Assembly (NCBI GenBank): GCA_021802025.1
Contig: JAKABC010000001.1
Location: forward strand, 1-42,360
Source of the DNA: Actinomycetes bacterium
GTDB lineage: Bacteria > Actinomycetota > Acidimicrobiia > Acidimicrobiales > RAAP-2
Length of the DNA stretch: 42,360 nucleotides
Direction of reading: 5' to 3'
Under the pieces are notes generated by a model that had not been told where the DNA came from, did not search any database, and saw only the letters and a program-made list of their open reading frames with translations. Both the position numbers and the translations under genes were made by a program. This document shows positions 1-10,016 of this stretch, piece by piece (within the stretch, counting starts at the first letter, position 1; every line of letters starts with the position of its first letter).

Positions 1-731
1 CGGTGACTTTCGTGGGCGCCGCCGGGCGCGACGGCGCCGCCCGACTCGTCGAAGAGGACCTCGCGCGCCAGGGGGTGCGGGCCCACCTGTTGCGCAGTGG
101 GGACACGACCGGGACGGTCGTGGCGCTGGTGGATGAACGGGGCCAGCGGGCCATGCTCACCGATCGCGGGGCCAACGGGGCGCTCGACCCCGACGCCGTC
201 GCGGCCGCCCTGCCGGGCGACGCGACGCACCTGCACGTCTCGGGCTACACGGTGCTCGACGGGCGGACTCGCGACGGCGCCGCGACGCTGCTCGCCCGGG
301 CCCGAGCGGCGGGGTGGTCGACCTCGGTCGACGTCTGCTCGGTGGCCCCGCTGCGCGCGCTGGGGCGCGAGGCCTTCCTCGCGGCGACGCGCGCGGCCTC
401 GATGCTCTTCGCCAACGCCGAGGAGGCGGCGGCGCTGTCGGGCTGCGTCGACCCCGACGGAGCCCTCGACGCGCTCGCCGAGGGCTACGGCGAGGTCCTG
501 GTGACCCGGGGCGCCGACGGCGCGGCCGCGGCTCGCGGGTCCGAGCGGGCCCGGGCTGACGCCCGCGCGACGACGGTCGTCGACACGACCGGGGCGGGTG
601 ACGCGGCCTCGGGGACCTACCTCGCGGCCCGGCTCGCGGGTGACACGCTCGCCGGGGCCCTCGAGGCGGCGATGGCGGCCGCGGCGCGCGTCGTCGCCGG
701 GCTGGGGGCGGTGCCCTACTCGCGCGAGTAG
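1..731 (+). CDS. PfkB/ribokinase-family sugar or nucleoside kinase (5' end outside window)
   Basis: C-terminal PfkB signature VVDTTGAGDA; FANAEEA motif; VTRGADGA; TGTVVALVD...R..LTDRGAN lid region. Confidence 0.9.
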   Translation, partial: VTFVGAAGRDGAARLVEEDLARQGVRAHLLRSGDTTGTVVALVDERGQRAMLTDRGANGALDPDAVAAALPGDATHLHVSGYTVLDGRTRDGAATLLARARAAGWSTSVDVCSVAPLRALGREAFLAATRAASMLFANAEEAAALSGCVDPDGALDALAEGYGEVLVTRGADGAAAARGSERARADARATTVVDTTGAGDAASGTYLAARLAGDTLAGALEAAMAAAARVVAGLGAVPYSRE

Positions 732-733
732 GG
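714..733. repeat. Perfect 20-bp palindrome spanning the stop codons of two convergent genes
   Basis: CCCTACTCGCGCGAGTAGGG is its own reverse complement; + strand TAG at 729-731, - strand TAG at 718-716. Confidence 0.95.
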
Positions 734-2008
734 GATGCCGTCGGCGGCCGGTGGGCGGACCCGCCCGACGAGCCCCGCGCTCACCGCGATGGTGATGAGG
801 TAGGGGAACATCAAGAGGATCTCGGTCGAGATGGGCACCTGGTACGACTGGAGGTTGTAGGCGAGGTAGGCCGACACCCCGAACAGGGTGCACGCGGCGA
901 CCGCCCCCGAGGGCCGCCAGCGCCCGAAGATCATCGCCGCCAGCGCGATGTAGCCGAAGCCCGAGGTGATCGAGGGCGTGAACTGCCCCTGGATCGCGGC
1001 GAAGGCGACCCCGCCGACCCCGGCGACCGCGCCCCCGAGGATGACGTTCACGTAGCGGGTCCGCTCCACGCTGATCCCCACCGAGGCGGCCGCCTGGGGG
1101 TGCTCGCCCACGGCCCGCACCCGCAGTCCCCAGCGCGTCTTGAACAGGGCGAAGCTCACCAGGCCCACGAGGATCATCATGAGGTAGAAGTAGCCCGTCT
1201 CGTCGAAGAAGGTCGGTCCGATGATGGGGATCTTCATCAGCCCCGGGATGGCGAGGTTCGTCGCGATGTTGCCGTTGTTGAGGTTGGGGTAGGGCGTGAG
1301 CACCCAGGAGTTGAAGTAGCTGGCCAGTCCGGTGAACATCGTGACGATCACGACGCCCACGATGATCTGGTCCGACAGGTACCGGATGGCCAGGAACGCG
1401 AGGAGCCAGCCCATCAGCCCGCCGATCACCACCCCGCCGACCGTGGCCAGCAGCCAGTTGTTGGTCGCCGAGTCGATCATCTCGCCCACGAGGTAGCCCC
1501 CGAGGAACTGGCCCTCGATCGCGATGTTGACCACCCCGGCCCGTTCGCACAAGATGCCCGAGAGCGAGCCGTAGATCAGGATCATCGTGATCGCCGCGCT
1601 GCCGACCAGGATGGCGGTGACGTTGATGAAGGGCACCTGGGAGGGTCCCGGCTGACGGCTCGCCCACACCAAGACGGCGACCAAAAAGACGATGGCCATC
1701 AGCCCGACCCGGACCATCGCCCCTTTGACCAGGCGGCGCACGAGCACCTCGGCGCCCAGGGCGACGATGAGCGCGCCGAGCAGCACGAGGGTCCACTCGG
1801 TGGGCAGGGTGAGGTTGCCCAGGTGCCAGGGTGCGCCCTGGCTGACGTCGATCGGGGTGAAGGTGAGCGTCGAGTGCGGCGCCGAGCCCGTGCCCACGCC
1901 CATCCCGAACACGGTGAAGAGCCCCACCACGACCACGAACCACCCGATCGCCTGGGTCCGCCCGAGGGGCGGGCGGACCGTGGCGGCGTCGGCGGTGACG
2001 GCGGTCAC
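716..2008 (-). CDS. Nucleoside/sugar ABC transporter permease (BPD_transp_2 type)
   Basis: ERAGVVNIAIEG, TRWGLRVRAVGEHP, GYIALAAMIFGRW motifs; GTG at 2008 overlaps upstream TGA (GTGA), so the ORF-track start at 2209 is too long. Confidence 0.9.
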   Translation of the reverse strand: MTAVTADAATVRPPLGRTQAIGWFVVVVGLFTVFGMGVGTGSAPHSTLTFTPIDVSQGAPWHLGNLTLPTEWTLVLLGALIVALGAEVLVRRLVKGAMVRVGLMAIVFLVAVLVWASRQPGPSQVPFINVTAILVGSAAITMILIYGSLSGILCERAGVVNIAIEGQFLGGYLVGEMIDSATNNWLLATVGGVVIGGLMGWLLAFLAIRYLSDQIIVGVVIVTMFTGLASYFNSWVLTPYPNLNNGNIATNLAIPGLMKIPIIGPTFFDETGYFYLMMILVGLVSFALFKTRWGLRVRAVGEHPQAAASVGISVERTRYVNVILGGAVAGVGGVAFAAIQGQFTPSITSGFGYIALAAMIFGRWRPSGAVAACTLFGVSAYLAYNLQSYQVPISTEILLMFPYLITIAVSAGLVGRVRPPAADGIPYSRE

Positions 2009-3249
2009 GATCCCCACCCCGCGGTGGCGACCTTGACCGACTCGGCCCGCAGGGCGCGCAGCCGGAATATCTCCTTCACCAGGACCGGTGTCGCCACGAA
2101 GATCACGATCGCCGACTGGATCACCGTCGCCAGGTCGTAGGGGATGCCGGTGTTGGCCTGCATGTTCGAGCCGCCGACCTCGAGGGCCGCGAACAGCAGG
2201 GAGCCCCACACGATGCCGATCGGGCGGTTGCGCCCGAGCAGCGAGACGGTGATCGCCGTGAAGCCGATGCCCGCGCTGCCCTGGAGGAAGTTCTGGTCGA
2301 TGTAGTGGGTCGTCCCGGCGACCCAGGCCACCCCGGCCAGGCCCGCGAGGCCCCCCGAGATGAGAAACGACGTCACGAGGGTCCGTCGGGCGTTGATCCC
2401 CGAGGCCCGCGCCGCGTGGGGGTTGGCCCCGGTGATCCGGAACTCGAAGCCGATCGAGGAGCGATTGAGCAGCCAGAGCGCGAAGACCGTGACCGCGAGG
2501 GCGACCACGACCCCGTAGTTCACCCGCAGTCCCGAGGCGGTGCCGAAGAGGGGGGCCAGTTGGGTCCCGCCGGGCATCGTGCGCGAGATGGCGTTGGTCT
2601 GGTTGGGCAGCTGCAGCGGCGTCGAGAGCAGGCAGAAGAGCATGAAGTACGAGGCCACGTAGTTGAACATGAGGGTCACGATGACCTCGTGGGCGCCCGT
2701 GTAGGCCTTGAGCAGCCCGGGGATGGCGCCGCCGACGACGCCCCCGGCGATCCCCGCGAGGAGCGTCAGGGGCAGGTGCAGGACCATCGGGAGGTGGACC
2801 AGCGTCGCCACGGCCACCCCGGCGACGCCGCCCAGGATCGCCTGGCCGTTCGCGCCGATGTTGAACAGGCCGGTCTGGAAGGTGATGCCGACCGCGATGC
2901 TGGCGATCACGAGGGGGATCGCGTAGGTGAAGGTCTCCGAGAGCGGCGTGAGCGACGCCGTCCAGTCCCGACCGGTCGTGACCGAGTGCCAGAACTGGGG
3001 CGGGTCGACGATCGAGCCGGTGAAGATCGACCGGTACGCGGCCCCGACGTTGTCGAAGGTCACCTTGAGGGCGTGTCCGGGCCCTCCCCAGGAGTGGAAG
3101 GCCCCCCGCCAGGCGTCGAGGATCGCCGGGGTCGTGGCGAAGATGATCACCGCCCCGACGACGAGGCCGAGGACGAGGGCCAGCAGCGAGATCGTGACCG
3201 GACTCGCGCTGCGGTAGCGGTCCCAGAGGCGGCGAAGGCTCGGCGTCAC
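2005..3249 (-). CDS. Nucleoside/sugar ABC transporter permease
   Basis: GLFNIGANGQ, GAHEVIVTLMFNY, GFTAITVSLLGRNRP motifs; multiple transmembrane helices; GTGA coupling. Confidence 0.9.
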   Translation of the reverse strand: MTPSLRRLWDRYRSASPVTISLLALVLGLVVGAVIIFATTPAILDAWRGAFHSWGGPGHALKVTFDNVGAAYRSIFTGSIVDPPQFWHSVTTGRDWTASLTPLSETFTYAIPLVIASIAVGITFQTGLFNIGANGQAILGGVAGVAVATLVHLPMVLHLPLTLLAGIAGGVVGGAIPGLLKAYTGAHEVIVTLMFNYVASYFMLFCLLSTPLQLPNQTNAISRTMPGGTQLAPLFGTASGLRVNYGVVVALAVTVFALWLLNRSSIGFEFRITGANPHAARASGINARRTLVTSFLISGGLAGLAGVAWVAGTTHYIDQNFLQGSAGIGFTAITVSLLGRNRPIGIVWGSLLFAALEVGGSNMQANTGIPYDLATVIQSAIVIFVATPVLVKEIFRLRALRAESVKVATAGWGS

Positions 3250-4757
3250 GCGATCCCCGCCGGGGCCGAGCCGGTCATGAGCAGTCCCACGTCCTCGCGC
3301 GAGGTCGAGGGGTCCACGACCCCGGTGATGCGCCCCTGGAACATGACGGCGACGCGGTCGCCCAGGGCCATCACCTCGTCGAGCTCGGAGGAGACGATGA
3401 GCACGGCGTGGCCCTCGTCGCGCACCCGGACGATCTCGCGGTGGACGTACTCGATCGAGCCCACGTCCAACCCGCGAGTCGGTTGGGAGGCGACCAGGGC
3501 CTGGAGGGGCCGGGAGAGCTCGCGCGCGACGATGACCTTCTGCTGGTTGCCGCCCGAGAGCGAACTGAGGGGCGCGTCCACCGACGAGGTGCGCACGTCG
3601 AACGACTCGACCAGGCTCTCAGCGTGGTCACGCACCGCACGCAGGTTGCGCGTCCCGCGGCGCGCGAAGGGCGGCCGCCGGGGCGTGTTGAGCACCATGT
3701 TGTCGGCGACCGACATCGAGAGCACGACGCCGTCGCGCTGGCGGTCCTCGGGGATGTGGCCCAGGCCGGCGTCGAGGATGTCGCGCGGGGAGCGGTTGGT
3801 GATGTCGCGCCCCGCGAGCAGCACCGATCCCGACTCCACGTGGCGCAGTCCGGTGATGGCCTCGACCAGCTCGGTCTGTCCGTTGCCCTGGACCCCGGCG
3901 AGCGCCACGATCTCTCCGGCGCGCACCTCGAGTGAGACGCCGTCGACGACCGGCAGGCCACGGTCGTCCCGCACGACCAGGTCGCGCACCTCGAGCAGGG
4001 GCTCGCGGGGGGCCGCCGTGGTCTTGTCCACGACGAGTGACACCTCGCGGCCGACCATCATCGCGGCCAGCTCGCTCTCCGTCGCGGACGGGGGGACCGA
4101 GCCGATCACCCGGCCGGCCCGGATGACCGTGATCACGTCGGAGACGTGGCGGACCTCCTTGAGCTTGTGCGAGATGAACAGGATCGACTTGCCCGAGGCG
4201 GCCAGCGAGCGCATGATGCCCATGAGGGCGTCGGCCTCTTGGGGGGTGAGGACAGCGGTGGGCTCGTCCAGGATGAGCAGTTGCGCGTCGTGGCCGAGGG
4301 CCTTGATGATCTCGACGCGCTGCTGGAGCCCGATCGGCAGGCTCTCGACCGTCGCGTCGGGGTCGACCTCGAGGCCGAACTCCCGGGACACCGATCGGAT
4401 GTCCTCGCGGGCCCGCGCGTAGTCCAGGCGGTCCAGCGATCGCGTGGGTTCGAAGCCCAGCACGACGTTCTCGGCCACCGTGAACACCGGCACCAGCATG
4501 AAGTGCTGGTGGACCATGCCGATGCCGCGGCGGACCGCGTCACCGGAGTTCGCGAGGCGCACCGGCTCACCGTCGATGAGGATCTCGCCCTCGTCGGCCT
4601 GGAGCAGGCCGAACAGCACGTTCATCAACGTCGACTTGCCGGCGCCGTTCTCCCCGAGCAGACAGTGGATCTGCCCCGGCTCAACGACGAGGTCGATGTG
4701 GTCGTTCGCGGTGAGCGAGCCGAACTTCTTGGTGATGCCTCGAAGTTCGAGACGCAT
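3246..4757 (-). CDS. ABC transporter ATP-binding protein with duplicated nucleotide-binding domain (NupA/MglA-like)
   Basis: Walker A GENGAGKST, LILDEPT, LSGGNQQK, PTRGLDVG. Confidence 0.93.
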   Translation of the reverse strand: MRLELRGITKKFGSLTANDHIDLVVEPGQIHCLLGENGAGKSTLMNVLFGLLQADEGEILIDGEPVRLANSGDAVRRGIGMVHQHFMLVPVFTVAENVVLGFEPTRSLDRLDYARAREDIRSVSREFGLEVDPDATVESLPIGLQQRVEIIKALGHDAQLLILDEPTAVLTPQEADALMGIMRSLAASGKSILFISHKLKEVRHVSDVITVIRAGRVIGSVPPSATESELAAMMVGREVSLVVDKTTAAPREPLLEVRDLVVRDDRGLPVVDGVSLEVRAGEIVALAGVQGNGQTELVEAITGLRHVESGSVLLAGRDITNRSPRDILDAGLGHIPEDRQRDGVVLSMSVADNMVLNTPRRPPFARRGTRNLRAVRDHAESLVESFDVRTSSVDAPLSSLSGGNQQKVIVARELSRPLQALVASQPTRGLDVGSIEYVHREIVRVRDEGHAVLIVSSELDEVMALGDRVAVMFQGRITGVVDPSTSREDVGLLMTGSAPAGIA

Positions 4758-4771
4758 GGAAGGTCATAGTA

Positions 4772-4816
4772 CTCACGACGAAGGCCCGGGCCGGTGGCCC
4801 GGGCCTTCGTCGTGAG
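4772..4816. terminator. Perfect 21-bp stem hairpin with 3-nt loop, downstream of the BMP gene (terminator or mRNA stabiliser)
   Basis: CTCACGACGAAGGCCCGGGCC-GGT-GGCCCGGGCCTTCGTCGTGAG, 7 nt after the 4824 stop; no U-tract. Confidence 0.75.
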
Positions 4817-4823
4817 AGGAGGC

Positions 4824-5921
4824 TCAGCCGACGGGGTACTTGGTCGGGTCGACCGAGATCGTGCCGTGCTCGATGCCCTTGGTCAACGTCTGGACCGTGG
4901 CCTTGAGCGAGGCGGGGATCGTCGGGGAGTCGAAGTAGAACTTGACGCCGCCGTTGGCGAGGGTGCCGACGTAGCTACCCGGCTTGAACCTGCCCTTGGC
5001 CGCGGCCAGGACCGCGTCCTCCACCGAGGTCGTGACGCCCTTGGTGACCGAGCCGATGAAGTAGGAGCAGTCCGCCTTCTCGGCGAAGCAGCCGTCCGAG
5101 TCGACCCACATAATCGAGTGCTTCTTGCCGGCCTGCTGTGCGGCCGCGACCGAGCCGAGGCCCACGCCACCGGCCACCGGGAAGACGATGTCCGCACCGT
5201 CGGCGAAGAAGCCCGAGGTGATGGTCTTGCCGGCCGTCTGGTCGGTGAAGTTGCCCACGAAGGTGCCCTTGCCGTTGAACTGGCCCTTGGCGCGGTTGCC
5301 CTTCGACGGGGTCCAGCCCAGGACCTTGACGTGCTTGTGCATGTGCAGGTCGTAGTAGCGCACGCCCGCGACGAAGCCGTCCATGTAGATGGTCACCGGT
5401 GGGATGTCCGCGCCGCCGTAGGTGGCCACCACGCCCGTCTTGCTCATCGCCGCCGCCACGTAGCCGCCGAGGAACGCGTCCTGGTTGGTGTCGTAGGTGA
5501 GCGCGAGCAGGCCGTGCGACTTGGGCGCGTTCGGCACGTCGTCGACGATGGCGAACTTCTGGTTCGGGTGGGCGTCAGCCGCCGTCGCCGTGGCGCCGTC
5601 CATCAAGAAACCGACGGTGACGATGATGCCACATCCCTGGGAGATGAACTTGTTGATGTTGGGCGTGTACGACGCCGACGAGGTCGACGAGAGGTACGAC
5701 GGCGTGATGTTCTTGTCCACCTTGGCCGCGTTCTGCAGGCCGGCCCACGCCGAGGCGTTGAACGAGTGGTCGTTGATGCCCCCGGTGTCGGTCACCACGC
5801 AGGCCTTGAACTTGCCCGCGGCCGAGGCGACCGAGACCGTCGTGGCGACCCCGATCGTCACCGTCCCCAGGACGAGTGCGCCGGCCCCGAGCAGTGCACC
5901 GAGCCGATTGATCCTCCGCAT
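4824..5921 (-). CDS. BMP/PnrA-family nucleoside ABC substrate-binding protein
   Basis: TDTGGINDHSFNASAWAG, GADIVFPVAGGVG, WVDSD motifs; N-terminal signal peptide; heads the ABC genes. Confidence 0.9.
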   Translation of the reverse strand: MRRINRLGALLGAGALVLGTVTIGVATTVSVASAAGKFKACVVTDTGGINDHSFNASAWAGLQNAAKVDKNITPSYLSSTSSASYTPNINKFISQGCGIIVTVGFLMDGATATAADAHPNQKFAIVDDVPNAPKSHGLLALTYDTNQDAFLGGYVAAAMSKTGVVATYGGADIPPVTIYMDGFVAGVRYYDLHMHKHVKVLGWTPSKGNRAKGQFNGKGTFVGNFTDQTAGKTITSGFFADGADIVFPVAGGVGLGSVAAAQQAGKKHSIMWVDSDGCFAEKADCSYFIGSVTKGVTTSVEDAVLAAAKGRFKPGSYVGTLANGGVKFYFDSPTIPASLKATVQTLTKGIEHGTISVDPTKYPVG

Positions 5922-6001
5922 GTATGTCTCCCCATGTTTGAAGTGCGGTCATCGCCGTGAGGACCGCGTCGCGACTCGTACCCCCGACCGGGCGCGAGCG
6001 A

Positions 6002-6019
6002 GCGGGTATGCCTACCCGC
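6002..6019 (-). terminator. Short hairpin after the MFS stop codon
   Basis: GCGGGTA-TGCC-TACCCGC, 7-bp stem, 11 nt downstream of the 6031 stop. Confidence 0.35.
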
Positions 6020-6030
6020 AGGAGGCGAGA

Positions 6031-7494
6031 CTAGCCCGCCGGCTCGACGAGGGGGGCCCGGGCCTCGTCGTGGTGACGCCCCACGTGACGGGGTAGGGCG
6101 AGGCTGACGACGAACGCGGCGAGCGTGATCGCGGCCGAGACCACAAAGACCCGGTCGTAGCCGGCGACGCGCGCACTGGCGTACCCCGTCGCACCGGCGC
6201 GCACCAGGGCCGCCGTCCGGTCGGCCGCGACCGTGCCGAGGGTCGCCAGGGCGATCGAGCCCCCGACCTGGCGCGCGGTGTTGAGGACCCCGGAGGCGAG
6301 CCCGGCGTCGGCGCGGTCCACCCCGGCGGTGGCCGCGGCGGCCAGCGGGGAGAAGAGGACGCCCATCGCGAAGGCGCAGCAGAACGACGGTGGGGCGAGA
6401 CTGGCCCAGTAGCCACTCGCGGTCTGGACGAAGGACAGCCAGTAGAAGCCGACGGTGGCGAGCAGGCTGCCCACGACGAGCAGGGGACGCACCCCGACCC
6501 GGGCGATGAGTCGAGAGGAGATCTGGGCTCCGGCGATGATCCCCACCGACATCGGCATGAACGCGAAGCCCGCGCGGACCGGGCCGTAGCCGAGGATGTA
6601 CTGGAAGTAGAACGAGAGGAAGTACCACATGGCGAAGAAGGCGCCGCCCACGAGCACCATCACCCCGTTGGCGGTCGAGAGCGGTCGGGATCGGAAGATC
6701 CGAAACGGCATCAGGGGGTGCGACGCGACGCGCGCCTCCCAGTAGAGGAAAGCGGCCAGGAGGACGGCGCCGCCGAGGATCCACTCGAGGGTCTCGGACG
6801 AGCCCCACGGGTGGGTCGTCGTGTTCACCACGGCGTAGATCACCGCGGCCAGTCCGCCGGTCACGAGGACGGCGCCGGTCACGTCGAGTTTGGCGGTGGC
6901 GTCTTTGTTGCGCAGCTCGCGCAGGTACATCGTGGCCGCGACGCCCGCCAGGACGCCCAGGGGCACGTTGATGAAAAAGACCCAGCGCCACGAGGCGAGA
7001 CCGGTGAGGATCCCCCCGAGGAGCCCGCCCACGGCGCCGCCGGCGCCGGCGACCGCGCTCCAGACGCCGATGGCCCGGAGCAGCCGGGGGCCGTGGAAGG
7101 TCGTGACGATGATGGTGAGCGTCGCCGGCGACAAGATCGCGCCCCCGAGTCCCTGGAGGGCCCGCACGGCCACCATCTGCGATCCCGAGGCCGCGAAGCC
7201 AGCGCCGATGCTCGCGACGGTGAACACGGCGATGCCGGCGAGGTAGACGTGGCGGCGCCCGAAGTAGTCGGCCGCCCGCCCCCCGAGGAGCAAGAAGCCG
7301 GCGAAGGTGAGAACGTAGGCGTTCACAACCCACTGGGCGCTGGTGATCGTGAAGTGGAGGTCGTGGCTCATGCGCGGTAGCGCCACGTTGACGATCGACA
7401 CGTCGAGCACCACCATGAACTGGGCGAGGCACGCGATTGAGAGGATCAACCAGTCCGGGGCGTGACGGGCCGGGGCGAGGGTCGTGGTGGTCAC
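6031..7494 (-). CDS. MFS drug:H+ antiporter, DHA2 (EmrB/QacA) family
   Basis: LDVSIVNVALP, GGRAADYFGRR, WRWVFFINVP, NTARQVGG; about 14 hydrophobic segments. Confidence 0.9.
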   Translation of the reverse strand: MTTTTLAPARHAPDWLILSIACLAQFMVVLDVSIVNVALPRMSHDLHFTITSAQWVVNAYVLTFAGFLLLGGRAADYFGRRHVYLAGIAVFTVASIGAGFAASGSQMVAVRALQGLGGAILSPATLTIIVTTFHGPRLLRAIGVWSAVAGAGGAVGGLLGGILTGLASWRWVFFINVPLGVLAGVAATMYLRELRNKDATAKLDVTGAVLVTGGLAAVIYAVVNTTTHPWGSSETLEWILGGAVLLAAFLYWEARVASHPLMPFRIFRSRPLSTANGVMVLVGGAFFAMWYFLSFYFQYILGYGPVRAGFAFMPMSVGIIAGAQISSRLIARVGVRPLLVVGSLLATVGFYWLSFVQTASGYWASLAPPSFCCAFAMGVLFSPLAAAATAGVDRADAGLASGVLNTARQVGGSIALATLGTVAADRTAALVRAGATGYASARVAGYDRVFVVSAAITLAAFVVSLALPRHVGRHHDEARAPLVEPAG

Positions 7495-7567
7495 CGCCCG
7501 AGTGTACGGGTGGCCCGTCGCGTCTCGAGCCGCTCGGGACGAGTGCGTCGTCGGCCAGACTGGTGGG

Positions 7568-9247
<1,680 letters not shown>

Positions 9248-9269
9248 AGGGGGCGTAGGGTTGGTCACC

Positions 9270-10016
9270 GTGGCCGTGACCGACTACTCGAGCTACCTGA
9301 GAATCGACGACCTGCTGACCCTCCAGGTGCCCCTGACGGCCGACGCCGACGACGAGCTGCTCTTCATCGTCGTCCACCAGGCCTACGAGCTCTGGTTCAA
9401 GGTCGTGCTCGACGAGCTACGACGGGCCGCGTCGCGTCTGCACTCCGGCGAGCCGTGGCGGGCGCTGGCGCCGCTCTCACGCACGGTCGACGTGGGCCGA
9501 CTCTTGCTCGGCCACCTCGCGGTCCTCGAGACCATGTCGCCCGAGGAGTTCCTGCGCTTCCGCGACCCGCTGAACCCGGCGTCGGGCTTCCAGTCCTTTC
9601 AGTTCCGGGCCATCGAGTTCCTCTCGGGCGCGGGCGACCCGCGCTCGCTCGACTTCCCCTTCTTCGACGACCGTCAGCGGGCGTGGCTCCACGCGGTCGC
9701 GGCCGAGCCCGACGTCTGGTCGGGATTCCTCGCGAGCCTCGAGACGCTCCTCGGTCCCGGGGACGTGCTCGAGCGCCTGGCGGCGCTCTACCACGACCAC
9801 TCCACCCCCGAACGGGCCGCGCTGCACGCCGTGGCCGAGCGGCTCGTCGACCACGACGAGAACCTCGCTACCTGGAGGCACCGTCACCTGCTCATGGCCG
9901 GGCGCGAGATCGGTCGGCGGCCCGGCACCGGCGGGAGCGCCGGCATGGCCTACCTTGAGACGACGACCGGCCGGCGCCTCTACCCGGCGCTGTGGGACGT
10001 GAGGAGTGCGTTATGA
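9270..10016 (+). CDS. kynA: Tryptophan 2,3-dioxygenase
   Basis: YSSYL..DDLL.LQ, DELLFIVVHQAYELWFK, ASGFQSFQFR, WRHRH, GTGGSAG..YL motifs; start approximate (9261, 9270 or 9276). Confidence 0.92.
   Translation: MAVTDYSSYLRIDDLLTLQVPLTADADDELLFIVVHQAYELWFKVVLDELRRAASRLHSGEPWRALAPLSRTVDVGRLLLGHLAVLETMSPEEFLRFRDPLNPASGFQSFQFRAIEFLSGAGDPRSLDFPFFDDRQRAWLHAVAAEPDVWSGFLASLETLLGPGDVLERLAALYHDHSTPERAALHAVAERLVDHDENLATWRHRHLLMAGREIGRRPGTGGSAGMAYLETTTGRRLYPALWDVRSAL

Noticed and set aside
2305-4422. 705-aa + strand ORF and similar long antisense ORFs (4794-5960, 20666-22039, 30127-31923, 37980-39434)
   Set aside because: Shadow frames of well-supported genes on the opposite strand; stop codons are scarce at high GC and the products show no family motifs.
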